This document shows positions 37,696 through 47,727 of a stretch of 64,000 nt of DNA, piece after piece. The notes under the pieces are model-generated. The model worked only from the letters and a program-made list of their open reading frames with translations. It was not told the origin of the DNA and did not search any database. The number at the start of each line of letters is the position of its first letter. The stretch's first letter is position 1. The position numbers were made by a program, and so were the translations under genes. This DNA is from a virus (lineage: Duplodnaviria > Caudoviricetes): positions 1-64,000 of IMG/VR virus record IMGVR_UViG_3300029305_012082, one strand, 5' to 3'.

Positions 37696-38634
37696 TTGAA
37701 CCATAACCAACACCAACAAGCTGTAAAAAAGGCGGTAAAAGCGAAATTCAGGGGTCACACGACCCTGCACAGCAAGCGAACCCCACTATATCCAGACACG
37801 GCAGAGCGGGAATATATGAGGATCACAGCTGGTTACGTCAGGTTGATGAATCAGGTGTTGAGAGAGAACCTGCCTGAAATAATGACCGAGTACAGAGCGC
37901 AACGAACAGATGGTGTCAGAAACGACGATCTTCGTGACTTGGAATCTTGGCTGAGACAAAAGTTCCGACAAATGGCGCAAGAACTTGAAAAACGGGTTTC
38001 TGTATTCGGGCTAGAGAGACTTGTGGACAAAGTATCCAGAATGACACAACGGATGTCCCTGAGGGAATGGAAAAAGTCGGTTAAAGACACCTTGGGAATT
38101 GATCTCATGGATGACTACTATAGCGGAGAATTCTACGAGTCGATAGTTCACAGGTGGGTGGATGAAAACGTTCTAAAAATCAAAACGCTCCCTCAGAACA
38201 CACTGGATGAGATGCAGCAAATTATACTGCATGGCTTTAAGTCTGGCTCGACGATCAGAGACATCACGAAAGAGATCCAACGTGAATATGGAGTAACCAG
38301 AAGACGGGCAAGAACTCTTGCCAGAGATCAAATTGCAACACTGAATTCGCAGATAACAAAAGCCCAGCAACAAGATGCCGGATGCAACAGATACAGATGG
38401 TCCGATTCCCGTGATTCTCGTGTCCGAGAATGCCACCACGCTTTGAACGGCAAGATCTTCAGCTGGGACGATCCTCCGGAGATGTGGTACACGACCAAGA
38501 AACGAGGAGTTGTTCGCACCGGAAGACGTTGTCATCCCGGCGAAGATTACTGCTGCAGATGCATTGCTATTCCAGTATTCGATTATGAGACACTTGATGT
38601 CCCTATAAAAGAAACAGTAAGTCCCAAGGGGTAA
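37696..38634 (+). CDS. Minor head protein (Mu gpF/SPP1 gp7 family)
   Basis: ARDQ, YRW..SRDSRVR..H, HPGEDYCCRC. Confidence 0.9.
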   Translation: MNHNQHQQAVKKAVKAKFRGHTTLHSKRTPLYPDTAEREYMRITAGYVRLMNQVLRENLPEIMTEYRAQRTDGVRNDDLRDLESWLRQKFRQMAQELEKRVSVFGLERLVDKVSRMTQRMSLREWKKSVKDTLGIDLMDDYYSGEFYESIVHRWVDENVLKIKTLPQNTLDEMQQIILHGFKSGSTIRDITKEIQREYGVTRRRARTLARDQIATLNSQITKAQQQDAGCNRYRWSDSRDSRVRECHHALNGKIFSWDDPPEMWYTTKKRGVVRTGRRCHPGEDYCCRCIAIPVFDYETLDVPIKETVSPKG

Positions 38635-38640
38635 ACCACC

Positions 38641-38814
38641 ATGCAGAACAAAGAAAAGATCAACGTTTACATCTATTTCAAAGATGGTAAAACGATTTGC
38701 ATATGCAAACGGTCGAATAAAAAATGTGGTAGAAACTGCACACCGGATGTTGTTGAACGAGACAAATTTGCTGGATGGGAAGACTCGTTCAAAAGAGACC
38801 GCTTTGGTCGTTGA
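38641..38814 (+). CDS. Small hypothetical protein (57 aa, not in ORF track)
   Basis: MQNKEKINVY...CICKRSNKKCGRNC ORF with AAGGGG RBS. Confidence 0.5.
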   Translation: MQNKEKINVYIYFKDGKTICICKRSNKKCGRNCTPDVVERDKFAGWEDSFKRDRFGR

Positions 38815-38934
38815 GTTCCGTATTCAAGGAAGGCGGTAACACACATGGTAGTATCCGGCATTATAAGGAGCCGAGATCCCCCCAATCTTGCGACAGGACC
38901 TCCCGGCAGAATACTTTGAAAGGAGAAAAGACCC

Positions 38935-39276
38935 ATGAGAAACTACAGAGCAGTCGAAGATGTCAGCAGACATCTTTCGAAGATTTGCGAAAGCATTCAG
39001 AATTTGGCTTGCTCCATTGAGATGTACCAGCACATGGATGGTGATCTGGAAGCAACTTATGAAACTCTCATGCTCGACAAGCTTGAACATCTGCAGATGC
39101 TCACCTTGAAACTGACCGAACTGATTACTTCGGCAGAGGAGAGATCTGACAGTCAGGAGAACTTGGACGAAGGCGGCGGTGCTTTCTTTGCCGGCGAACT
39201 AGACGATGTCAAGAGAGATGAAGCGGCTGATGACAGAGATCCCACTTCCGTTAAAGCTGCGACAGCTGCAGAATAA
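38935..39276 (+). CDS. Hypothetical head-region protein
   Basis: AAGGAG RBS. Confidence 0.7.
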   Translation: MRNYRAVEDVSRHLSKICESIQNLACSIEMYQHMDGDLEATYETLMLDKLEHLQMLTLKLTELITSAEERSDSQENLDEGGGAFFAGELDDVKRDEAADDRDPTSVKAATAAE

Positions 39277-39304
39277 TCACCATTCTCCGAAAGGAGGGGA
39301 GCGC

Positions 39305-40837
39305 ATGCCCCCTAGCTTAGCAAAGGTGATTCGTCTGGACAATTTGCCATTGAACCAGACTTATTTCACCTCTGAAGGATATCTCGTAGACCGTCCTATT
39401 CTTACAACAACGGGTATATTCGAGTATCACAATGCTGACGGAAGCGTCAGAAGGGAGCTTCGACTCCCAGATGAAGTCTTTTCTGCTGAAAGCCTGAAGT
39501 CGTACAAGGGTCATCCGATTATCATAACCCATGATGCAGGTGAAGTTGACAAAAACAATGTCACCTCCCACCAGATCGGAACCATCCTTACAGAAGGATA
39601 TCGCAGTGGAGACGATGTCAGAGCTGAGATCATCATCCATGATACGGATAAGATGAAAGCAGCAGGACTCAAAGAACTTTCTCTTGGCTATCATGTCGAC
39701 CTAGACGAAACGCCCGGAGAATGGAATGGACAGCGATATGATGCCATTCAAAGAAACATTAGAATCAATCACCTCGCTTTGGTAAGAAACGCCAGAGCAG
39801 GTGAGCAGGCACGTCTGAACATTGACAGCCGTGATCCTGTCAGAAAACTACAAGGAGGAAAAGCAATGGCTAATCCCAAGCAAACTGAGACCAAGCCCAC
39901 TCAGCATGCCGACGGTCTCTTGACTTCAGAGCAGCTGGCTCAGGCAATTTCTGAGTACAAGGCTCGACGCAGTCAACAGCCTGTGCAGGACGAAGACCCC
40001 GTGCCTGCAGAAGAAACTGTCGTTGAAACCGCCGAGGAAACTGTTGTGGACGAAAACGCTGTTAGCGATGTCGAACAAAACGTTCTCACCACAGATGAAA
40101 AGATCTCTGCGATTAAGGAACGACAGGTGGCACGAGCCGGCGGAGAAGGTCCTTCTGATCTTGATGCCGCAAAGAGCGTTATTCTTCAGCAGGATGAGGA
40201 TCTGGCAACTCTGGTTGGTATCATCGATCAGATGAAGGCTGCTGAAGACTACAAGAACGCAAAGAATGATGCCGAGGACGATCAAAAGGACGAAGAAGTC
40301 CTGCCCGAGGACGACGTCAAAAATGATGAACAAGAGCCTGCCACTCCCGAAGAAACTGAAACGCACGAGGATCAAACTGATGTAGAAGATCCTGACGATC
40401 AGGATGATAAGAAGGATGGTGCTGGGTGCAATGAAGACTCTGCCGAAAGTGAGCCGACTACAGAACCTGCAGCCGAAGATGATAAGACCACCCTGAACGA
40501 AGATTCCATCGATGCAATCGTTACTCAGCGAGTGACCCTTGGCATTATGGGCCGCCAGCTGAATTTGGACGGCCTTGAGCACATGCCTGTTCTGGATGCA
40601 AAGAAGGCTATTATCTCCGCTGTCCGTCCCGGCATGCGGCTCGATGGCAAGAGTGAAGATTACATTGCTGCGGCGTTTGACCTTGCAGCTGCTGAAATCG
40701 AAGCTCAAAGTGAAAAGGACACCGCTTATCAAAAGCGACAGATGTTCAACAAGGACTCTGGTGCCGCAGAAGAAGCCGGCACCTCTGCTGCTGACGCTCG
40801 TCAGAGAATGATCGACCGTCAGACCAATAAGATTTAA
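39305..40837 (+). CDS. DUF2213-family prohead protease/scaffold
   Basis: EGYL...TGIFEY, ELSLGY, QRNIRINHLALV..ARAG; acidic scaffold-like C-terminus. Confidence 0.85.
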   Translation: MPPSLAKVIRLDNLPLNQTYFTSEGYLVDRPILTTTGIFEYHNADGSVRRELRLPDEVFSAESLKSYKGHPIIITHDAGEVDKNNVTSHQIGTILTEGYRSGDDVRAEIIIHDTDKMKAAGLKELSLGYHVDLDETPGEWNGQRYDAIQRNIRINHLALVRNARAGEQARLNIDSRDPVRKLQGGKAMANPKQTETKPTQHADGLLTSEQLAQAISEYKARRSQQPVQDEDPVPAEETVVETAEETVVDENAVSDVEQNVLTTDEKISAIKERQVARAGGEGPSDLDAAKSVILQQDEDLATLVGIIDQMKAAEDYKNAKNDAEDDQKDEEVLPEDDVKNDEQEPATPEETETHEDQTDVEDPDDQDDKKDGAGCNEDSAESEPTTEPAAEDDKTTLNEDSIDAIVTQRVTLGIMGRQLNLDGLEHMPVLDAKKAIISAVRPGMRLDGKSEDYIAAAFDLAAAEIEAQSEKDTAYQKRQMFNKDSGAAEEAGTSAADARQRMIDRQTNKI

Positions 40838-40851
40838 GGAGGAATTCCATT

Positions 40852-41346
40852 ATGAGCGCACAAACCAGATACGGATTCACTACTCCCATTGGCGTCGCAG
40901 GTGGCATTTATGATCTCGCCCCCTACGAAATCAACACATTCCTGAACGAAGAAGAAACCGGCGTTATGAGCTTTGGCGTTGGCGTTGTGAAGGGCACCGC
41001 TCCCGGTGCAAACGTCAAGCTGCCTGCGGAAGGTGCAACTGCTGCTGATTTCGAAGGCATTACCGTCAACAACCGCACAACCGAGTACGGACTGGACGAC
41101 AAGGTCCGTGTTCGCAAGGGTGCCTCTATGGGCGTCATGCGCTATGGTCGTATTTACGGCCGTGTCGCAGCTGATGTTGAACCTGAATACGGCGAAGCCG
41201 TTTACATGGTTGCATCCGGCGAAGAAGCAGGTTTCTTCACCAATGTTGCTTCCGGCAATGTTGCGATCAAGGCACGTTTCGGCGGCAGTGTTGATCCCAT
41301 CCATAAGGTCGCACTGATTGAACTGTTCAATCAAGCACAGGCGTAA
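40852..41346 (+). CDS. Head decoration/cement protein
   Basis: Position before the major capsid gene; FGVGVV, VMRYGRIY. Confidence 0.7.
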   Translation: MSAQTRYGFTTPIGVAGGIYDLAPYEINTFLNEEETGVMSFGVGVVKGTAPGANVKLPAEGATAADFEGITVNNRTTEYGLDDKVRVRKGASMGVMRYGRIYGRVAADVEPEYGEAVYMVASGEEAGFFTNVASGNVAIKARFGGSVDPIHKVALIELFNQAQA

Positions 41347-41358
41347 GCAAGGAGGTAA

Positions 41359-42396
41359 ATGAATATGAGCACTCATACCAACTACAACCCTTCTGAAATG
41401 AAGGCTCTGCAGAATTCTGCTATCCCCACCGCCATCATGGCTTCTCCCGGCACAAGATTTGACAGCGCAGAACAGGCATCTGTTTTCTTTGCACAGGAAC
41501 TGGATCACGTCAAGGCTCAGTCCTACGACGTGGAATATCCTGAACTGACAGCTCTGAGCCTGTTCCCCGTCAGCTCTGAAGTTGACCCCGGCGCTGAGAC
41601 CGTTACTTATCATACCTACGATAAGACCGGCCTCGCAAAGGTCATCGACAACTATTCCACCGATCTGCCCCGTGCAGACGTGAACGGCAAGCCCGTCCAT
41701 GCAATCATCAAGTCCGTCGGCGACTCCTATGGTTACTCCGCACAGGAAATGAGAGCATCCAGACTGGCTGGCAAGTCCCTGGACTCCAGAAAGGCCGAAT
41801 CTGCACGTTTCCAGATCGACAACATTCTGAACAAGATCGCATGGGCCGGCGATGCAGAGTCCGGCCTGATGGGCGTTCTGTCCGAAGGTCAGAATATTCC
41901 TCTGTTCGCCATCGGCGCTGGTGCAAGCGGTGCTACCTCTTGGCTGGAAAAGACCGCAGATGAAATTCTGGCCGATGTTGCCGGTATGCAGAAGCAGGTC
42001 GCAAAGATGACAAAGAACGTTGAGCGTCCTGATACCCTTTGCCTGCCCTCCGATGTCTATCTGCATCTGAGCACTACCAGAATCCCCGACACTACCACCA
42101 CCGTGCTGTCCTTCATCAAGGAACATGCTCCCTATATCAAGAACATCGTTTCTGCCGCCGAGCTGGACAGCGACAGCACCTTCACCAATCCCTATGCTGC
42201 TGAAGAAGACGGTCAGGGCGTTGCATTCCTGTTCAAGAACGACAAGCGCAAGCTGTCTCTGGAAAATCCCATGCCCTTCTATCAGTATCCTCTGCAGGTC
42301 AGAAATCTGGAAACCATCATTCCTTGCGAGGCACGAACTGCCGGCGTCATTGTGTACTATCCCATGTCCGCTCTGATTGCCGTTGGCGTGTCCTGA
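41359..42396 (+). CDS. Major capsid protein (DUF2184/HK97 fold)
   Basis: DLPRAD, SYGYS.QE, IAWAGD...GLMG, RTAGV..YYP. Confidence 0.88.
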   Translation: MNMSTHTNYNPSEMKALQNSAIPTAIMASPGTRFDSAEQASVFFAQELDHVKAQSYDVEYPELTALSLFPVSSEVDPGAETVTYHTYDKTGLAKVIDNYSTDLPRADVNGKPVHAIIKSVGDSYGYSAQEMRASRLAGKSLDSRKAESARFQIDNILNKIAWAGDAESGLMGVLSEGQNIPLFAIGAGASGATSWLEKTADEILADVAGMQKQVAKMTKNVERPDTLCLPSDVYLHLSTTRIPDTTTTVLSFIKEHAPYIKNIVSAAELDSDSTFTNPYAAEEDGQGVAFLFKNDKRKLSLENPMPFYQYPLQVRNLETIIPCEARTAGVIVYYPMSALIAVGVS

Positions 42397-42411
42397 TTTT
42401 TTTCGGCAACA

Positions 42412-42427
42412 CTTACCGATCGGTAAG
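42412..42427. promoter_or_regulatory. Repressor-type operator after the capsid gene
   Basis: CTTACCGATCGGTAAG perfect palindrome, followed by a hairpin at 42439-42462. Confidence 0.65.
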
Positions 42428-42482
42428 AGAAATGAAAGGGAGGCTACCGCTTGGTAGCCTCCTTAACTTTAGGAGGTAAAAC

Positions 42483-42776
42483 ATGATTATCAAAAACACC
42501 AGCCCCAAGATCGTAAACATCGGCACCACAATGCTGCTGCCCGACAAGACCATGACCATCACCCCTGTTGTTGCAAATACTCCCGCAATCAAGGCTTTTA
42601 TCCGAACCAACGTGATTGCTGTCGTTCCTGAAGAAGTTCCGGAACAGGAGCAGCCTGATCCCAACGAAACCGACGACACCGCCGATCCCGAAACCGACGA
42701 CACTCAGGGCACAAAAACACCGAAGCCCAGAGGCCGGAAGAAGAAGGAAGAGGAGACCGAAAATAACGCCGAATAA
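42483..42776 (+). CDS. Hypothetical head-associated protein
   Basis: AGGAGG RBS. Confidence 0.7.
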   Translation: MIIKNTSPKIVNIGTTMLLPDKTMTITPVVANTPAIKAFIRTNVIAVVPEEVPEQEQPDPNETDDTADPETDDTQGTKTPKPRGRKKKEEETENNAE

Positions 42777-42789
42777 GGAGTGACCGTCC

Positions 42790-43194
42790 ATGAAAATGTC
42801 AGCCATAGACATGATCCGGTTGATCGGAGCTGAGTTTGTCGACGTCGATGAAGATACGCTCAACGATTGGATCGAAATGGTAAGACCTATGGTAAGCCGT
42901 AAACAATTCGGCAGTCTCTATGAACAAGGACTTGCCTATTTGGTCTGTCACAAAATGAAGATGGCTGGCTATGGAGTCAATCCTTTGGGAGATATGGGAA
43001 CTATCGGCGTCGGCTTCTCCGTAGGAAGTGTTTCAGAAGGCGGCAGCAGTGTAAGCTACGGCGCGAACCAATCGTCGAATCTAGCAACGGATGCCGAGCT
43101 GGGTCTCACAGCCTATGGGGTGCAGTTTTTGCAGATTCGAAGATCCGTTATTGTGCCCATTCATTGTGGTGGGGAGAATGATTTGAATGTTTGA
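42790..43194 (+). CDS. Head-tail adaptor (DUF4054-like)
   Basis: [21 protein letters not shown]. Confidence 0.78.
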   Translation: MKMSAIDMIRLIGAEFVDVDEDTLNDWIEMVRPMVSRKQFGSLYEQGLAYLVCHKMKMAGYGVNPLGDMGTIGVGFSVGSVSEGGSSVSYGANQSSNLATDAELGLTAYGVQFLQIRRSVIVPIHCGGENDLNV

Positions 43195-43636
43195 TCTGAA
43201 AGACCTTACTCCTGAAGGCAAGAGGTATATGGAGCAGCTTAAACGGCTAACCGAACTTCAAGTCCACGTTGGATTTCAATCGGGAGATGATCCTTATGAA
43301 GACGGAACGGATCTGGTAAGTGTCGCTGCCTATAACGAATTCGGTTCCTCGTCAACTCCGGCCAGACCTTTTATGAAACAGAGCTTCGATAACAACGAAG
43401 ACAAGCTGAAGGCTCAAGGGGCGAAGGCAAACAGAGATCTCGCCAACGGAGCTTCCGCAGAAAGCATCTTAAAAGAGATGGGAGTTGTGGTGAAAGGCAT
43501 TGTTCAGCAGGAAATTGTTGAAGGCGACTTTGCTCCAAACGCTCCCTCTACTGTCCGGAGCAAAGGATCGGGACAACCTCTGATCGACACTGGCCACATG
43601 CGGCAATCGGTCAACTTCGTCATAAAGAAAGGATAG
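43187..43636 (+). CDS. Neck/tail completion protein
   Basis: NEFG...PARPF, PNAPST...PLIDTG. Confidence 0.78.
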   Translation: MFDLKDLTPEGKRYMEQLKRLTELQVHVGFQSGDDPYEDGTDLVSVAAYNEFGSSSTPARPFMKQSFDNNEDKLKAQGAKANRDLANGASAESILKEMGVVVKGIVQQEIVEGDFAPNAPSTVRSKGSGQPLIDTGHMRQSVNFVIKKG

Positions 43637-43643
43637 TAGACCG

Positions 43644-44075
43644 ATGAATATTAGGTTATTCAACAAGAAATACTGGGTCAGACGTTTCGAGGAGCAACGA
43701 GAAGTTCGTGGTTATCTCGCATCCGGTTACTCGGACTTTGTTGCAGATTTGAATGTCCACCCTCTGGGGACAGATCAGGTCATGACCCTTCCTGAAGGTC
43801 AGCGAAAAATCAAACGGCTCGAAGCTCACGGCGAGATTCAACTCGTCGTCGCAGATCAAGACAGCAACAGAAAAGGCGATCTTCTATTCTATCACGGAGA
43901 ATGGTTTGAGTGCATCTCATCACAGATGTGGGATCATACGGTCTTATCTCACTATAACTATCAGTTTGTGCTTGTTCCCAGAGATGCAGCACTTTCGACG
44001 GATATCGAACACGATCCAGTAGGAATACCCGGATCTCAAAAGGAGTGTCATTGCCATGAGAGTATCTGCTGCTAA
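43644..44075 (+). CDS. Head-closure protein
   Basis: Synteny; LPEGQR motif. Confidence 0.65.
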   Translation: MNIRLFNKKYWVRRFEEQREVRGYLASGYSDFVADLNVHPLGTDQVMTLPEGQRKIKRLEAHGEIQLVVADQDSNRKGDLLFYHGEWFECISSQMWDHTVLSHYNYQFVLVPRDAALSTDIEHDPVGIPGSQKECHCHESICC

Positions 44076-44808
44076 AGAACTCTTCCGGACTCTTGTGAAG
44101 AGGTATTTTCCCGGAGCTGTTGTTATTTTTGCGAACCAAAGCCGAGTAGCAAAGCCGCCGATTCCTCTTGTTGTTATAACGCCCGGAGCAGTAAGACGGA
44201 ACCAAACTCCCAATTACTCAATTGTAAACGGCGTCAATGTCGGGTTCTATCATTCGAAGATCCCGATGACTATTGATCTGTTTTCTCCCGGCGATCCAAT
44301 AAAGGATGACGATACAGGGCAGGTTGTTGCATACGCCAATTCTGCAGTGGACGATATGCTTAGTCTTGCAGACTATATCAACTCTCAAGATTCTGTTGAG
44401 TGGTCTCATCAGCATGACGTCAGTATGGTTATAGACGGAGATGTGCAGGATCTGACATCGATCGTTAATGATTCAAACTATGCATACCGCTCAAGAATGG
44501 TCGTCCAGTTTTACTTCACTCAAGCAGCTGTGGGATACTCCGCTGTTCTGTCTGAAGGCAGTATCCACTATCCCACACGCATAGACGATCCGATAACAGG
44601 AGAACCGCAATATACAGATCAAGAACCTGTTACTACGACAAGCCCGACTGGGGATTACGTTGATGAAGCAACAGAAAAAGAGCGAGATGCGGTAATAATT
44701 CCTGTTCAAGAACAGACGCCTAGCGGAGGCGGGTCTGTTGAGCTGGCCGATAAAGAAGCCGGCTACTTCACAAATGTTGTAATCAAGGAGGAAACAGGCA
44801 ATGAGTAA
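44056..44808 (+). CDS. Tail terminator/neck protein
   Basis: Synteny just before the sheath gene. Confidence 0.6.
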   Translation: MRVSAAKELFRTLVKRYFPGAVVIFANQSRVAKPPIPLVVITPGAVRRNQTPNYSIVNGVNVGFYHSKIPMTIDLFSPGDPIKDDDTGQVVAYANSAVDDMLSLADYINSQDSVEWSHQHDVSMVIDGDVQDLTSIVNDSNYAYRSRMVVQFYFTQAAVGYSAVLSEGSIHYPTRIDDPITGEPQYTDQEPVTTTSPTGDYVDEATEKERDAVIIPVQEQTPSGGGSVELADKEAGYFTNVVIKEETGNE

Positions 44809-45955
44809 AAATTACGACCAGATTGCAACTGTCAGCATCGACCTCGCCACCCCGCTGGTTGATGACACCAGTTTCGACAATCTCTGTATCGTAGGTCCTC
44901 TGCCCAAGACCGAACCCGATAATGCACCTCCCAAGATCGGCGTTTATGCCTCTTTGGAGGAAGTTGTTTCTGCTGGCTGGGTTGTCGTAGGCGAAGAGGC
45001 TGATCCTGTCGGTCTCGCAGCACTCGCCGCTTTCAGTCAATCTCCCACTCCGTCTAGCATCTACATTGCACCTCTGCAGACGGTTGAAACTGCAGAACTC
45101 GACACAGATGGAAACAACATCTATGTCTCAGAACCTGCCGTTAATGCTGTCCAGAGAGCCTGCGATGTCACTGGCTGGTACGTCCTTTGCACCGCTGGCG
45201 TTGATGCATCTGAGTACGAAGAAATTGCGGCTTATATCGAAACTCAGGACAGAATGTTCTGCTACACAGAACTGGACTGTTTCGAAGATGAGGTTGTAGA
45301 ATTTAAGCCTGCAGTCGGTGACGTGTATTACCGCACCATGTCTATCTACGGAAGACAGTACGCTGGTCAGCCCACAGAAGAAATTCCTGATGCAAACAAG
45401 TACATCAACTGCGCTTGGGTTGCAAAGTGGCTCAACTACGAGTCTGGTACTGAGACATCTGCTTTCAAGTCTCTTTCTGCAATCTATCCCAGTCAGCTCA
45501 CCTCTACAGAAATGGCAGCAATGAAGGCTGGCAATGTCAACTATTTCATTACTGTCGGCAATAAGAAGGTCTCCATGAACGGCAAGGTACGAGCCGGCGA
45601 ATGGGTTGACATCATCCGTTTCCGTGACTGGCTCAAGAACGACATGCAGGTCCGTGTTGTGAACCTGTTTGTCACGACTCCGAAGATCCCCTACACGGAT
45701 AATGGTATCAGTCTGGTGCAGAACCAGATGATCGCCTCTCTCAAGAATGGTCAAGATATTGGCGGCATCGCTCCCGATGAGTTTGACGTAGACGGCAACC
45801 GCATCCCCGGTTACTCTACGTCTGTGCCTCTGGCAGCAAGCATTCCTGCTTCCGACAAGGCATCCCGTGTCCTGACTGGCTGTAAATTCAAGGCAAGACT
45901 CGCCGGCGCAATTCACTTTGCGGAACTCAACGGCAGCTTGACCTACGAAATGTAA
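44801..45955 (+). CDS. Tail sheath protein (DUF3383-like)
   Basis: [26 protein letters not shown]. Confidence 0.85.
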   Translation: MSKNYDQIATVSIDLATPLVDDTSFDNLCIVGPLPKTEPDNAPPKIGVYASLEEVVSAGWVVVGEEADPVGLAALAAFSQSPTPSSIYIAPLQTVETAELDTDGNNIYVSEPAVNAVQRACDVTGWYVLCTAGVDASEYEEIAAYIETQDRMFCYTELDCFEDEVVEFKPAVGDVYYRTMSIYGRQYAGQPTEEIPDANKYINCAWVAKWLNYESGTETSAFKSLSAIYPSQLTSTEMAAMKAGNVNYFITVGNKKVSMNGKVRAGEWVDIIRFRDWLKNDMQVRVVNLFVTTPKIPYTDNGISLVQNQMIASLKNGQDIGGIAPDEFDVDGNRIPGYSTSVPLAASIPASDKASRVLTGCKFKARLAGAIHFAELNGSLTYEM

Positions 45956-45972
45956 GGAAGGAGGCGCAATAA

Positions 45973-46389
45973 ATGGGTAAGATTAAGACTTACAATCCCA
46001 AGGAAGTTACTGTTGCATTCGGTAATCATATCGTCACTGGTTACGCTGATGACAGCTTTTTGTCCATTGATCCCGCAGGTGATGGCATGACAAAGAAAGT
46101 TGGATGCGATGGCGAAATTGTAAGAAGCGTAAACCCTGATGATACGTTTGTCGTTAAGTTGACTCTTCTGCAGACTTCTGATACAAATTCTTTCCTCCAG
46201 CAGAAACTTGCTCAGGACAGAAAGAGCGGAGACGGCATGTTCCCTGTGCTTATTAAGGATCTGAAAGGCGGTATGGTGTTCAGCACTGATGCCGCTTGGC
46301 CGATCAAAGCCACTTCCCGCAGCTTTGGCAAAGAGTCGTCCAACAGAGAGTGGGAGCTTCACACTGGTTCTGGTGAACTTACTGAATAA
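45973..46389 (+). CDS. Tail tube protein (DUF3277-like)
   Basis: TYNPKEV, VGCDG, LLQTS..N, REW. Confidence 0.82.
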   Translation: MGKIKTYNPKEVTVAFGNHIVTGYADDSFLSIDPAGDGMTKKVGCDGEIVRSVNPDDTFVVKLTLLQTSDTNSFLQQKLAQDRKSGDGMFPVLIKDLKGGMVFSTDAAWPIKATSRSFGKESSNREWELHTGSGELTE

Positions 46390-46457
46390 AAATAGCAGGG
46401 TCGCTCCGCATGAGCGACCCTGTTTCACCAAGAAGAATGTCTATAGGGGGTAACATA

Positions 46458-47039
46458 ATGGCATTAAAACGAATGGAGGTCGTCACGAAAACCATTGGTG
46501 ACGCAACTTTCTACATCAAGCCTTTTGGCGCATTCACGTCCGCAAATCTGAGCGGAGAACTTGCAAAGATCATTTCCCCGTTTATCGGTGGAATTCTGCC
46601 TGCTGTATCTGCCGTATTTGGCAAACTTGATCTTGATGTTGAAAAAACACAAGCAACAACAACCGAAAATACTGGCGATATTATGGACATGCAACTGGAC
46701 GATGCTATCGGTGCATTTACAGATGCTTTTTCTACTCTCTCTGGCGATAAAATCGAACAACTCATGATGCAGTTGCTCATCAACAACCAGAATATATCCG
46801 TCAATTGCTATGCAACGGAAGATAGACCTCAACTTCTCACCAAAGATCTTGCTGATGAAATTTTCTGTACCGACATTCAGGATATGTATATTCTCTGTTT
46901 TGAGGTTATCAGAATTAACTTCAAGGGTTTTTTCAAGAAGCTCGGAGGCCGATTTGGAAAGCTGCAAGGAATTATTCAGCGGTTGACTCCGAGTACAGCA
47001 AATACGGATACCTCGATGCAAGCCAGTTCTGCGAACTAG
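46458..47039 (+). CDS. Tail assembly chaperone (G)
   Basis: Between tube and tape measure; NFKGFF encoded over the slippery site GGGTTTTTTC. Confidence 0.78.
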   Translation: MALKRMEVVTKTIGDATFYIKPFGAFTSANLSGELAKIISPFIGGILPAVSAVFGKLDLDVEKTQATTTENTGDIMDMQLDDAIGAFTDAFSTLSGDKIEQLMMQLLINNQNISVNCYATEDRPQLLTKDLADEIFCTDIQDMYILCFEVIRINFKGFFKKLGGRFGKLQGIIQRLTPSTANTDTSMQASSAN

Positions 47040-47200
47040 AAATGAGAATGTACACGCTAATCAAGGCGAAGATCGCCTCAAAATCAGAGCTTGATGAAGC
47101 ATACACCCTTGATGAAGCGTTGAAGTTATACGCACTTTATAGCATGGACTGTGACATAGAACGTGCCGTTTCAGAAGAAATGAAGCGACAGTCTGATTAA
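46925..47200 (+). CDS. -1 frame extension of the tail chaperone (GT)
   Basis: The -1 frame is open from GGGTTTTTTC (46925) to TAA at 47200: ...LEMRMYTLIK...YTLDEALKLYAL. Confidence 0.65.
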   Translation, partial: GFFQEARRPIWKAARNYSAVDSEYSKYGYLDASQFCELEMRMYTLIKAKIASKSELDEAYTLDEALKLYALYSMDCDIERAVSEEMKRQSD

Positions 47201-47230
47201 AAGATTCTCTCCTTCCGCATATGCGTATTC

Positions 47231-47262
47231 AAAAGACCTCCCATTGGTGTGGGAGGTCTTTT
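47231..47262. terminator. Bidirectional terminator
   Basis: AAAAGACCTCCCA...TGGGAGGTCTTTT. Confidence 0.8.
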
Positions 47263-47270
47263 GTTACGGG

Positions 47271-47639
47271 TCAGTATAGAACAGAAAGCAAAAATTTATG
47301 AGTTTTTTCATCAATTTCGCAGAGAGCCTTCTTACCGTCATTGAAAACTATAGATACTTGATAGGTTGTTTTGCTTTTGCCTGATGCTGCTCCGGCAATA
47401 GCACCGACCCCACCGAACAATAATGCTCCAGCAGCCCCTCTTGCGGCTCCACTGATAAGGCTTTTTCTAGACGACTGATCTACGACCTCCCATTCAGAAA
47501 CAGTGTTTTTGTTCACAAAAATCTTTTTTGGGCCGATAAGAAATCTTGGCACAGAAATCAACAGGCCCTTTCTGGCGTTCTTCCATGTTATAACGCCGCC
47601 CTTATAATCGCCAGCAATTACTTGATTCAAATCCGACAC
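47271..47639 (-). CDS. Moron gene, hypothetical (Gly-zipper segment)
   Basis: Opposite strand inside the tail operon; GAAGALLFGGVGAIAGA. Confidence 0.75.
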   Translation of the reverse strand: MSDLNQVIAGDYKGGVITWKNARKGLLISVPRFLIGPKKIFVNKNTVSEWEVVDQSSRKSLISGAARGAAGALLFGGVGAIAGAASGKSKTTYQVSIVFNDGKKALCEIDEKTHKFLLSVLY

Positions 47640-47727
47640 ACTCCTTTGTAATTAGTGGAAGCGATTTCATTTTAACAGTCTTTCTTCTGTGCGTCAATCC
47701 TCATATGGTACGAACGGTGGTGTTCTT

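Noticed and set aside
36162-37706. ORFs predicted across the tRNA cluster
   Set aside because: They overlap clear tRNA genes and lack RBSs or protein-like composition.
40834-42126. Long antisense ORFs (also 61181-62440, 56544-57548, 15165-15848, 45128-45916)
   Set aside because: These are shadow frames of well-supported plus-strand genes.
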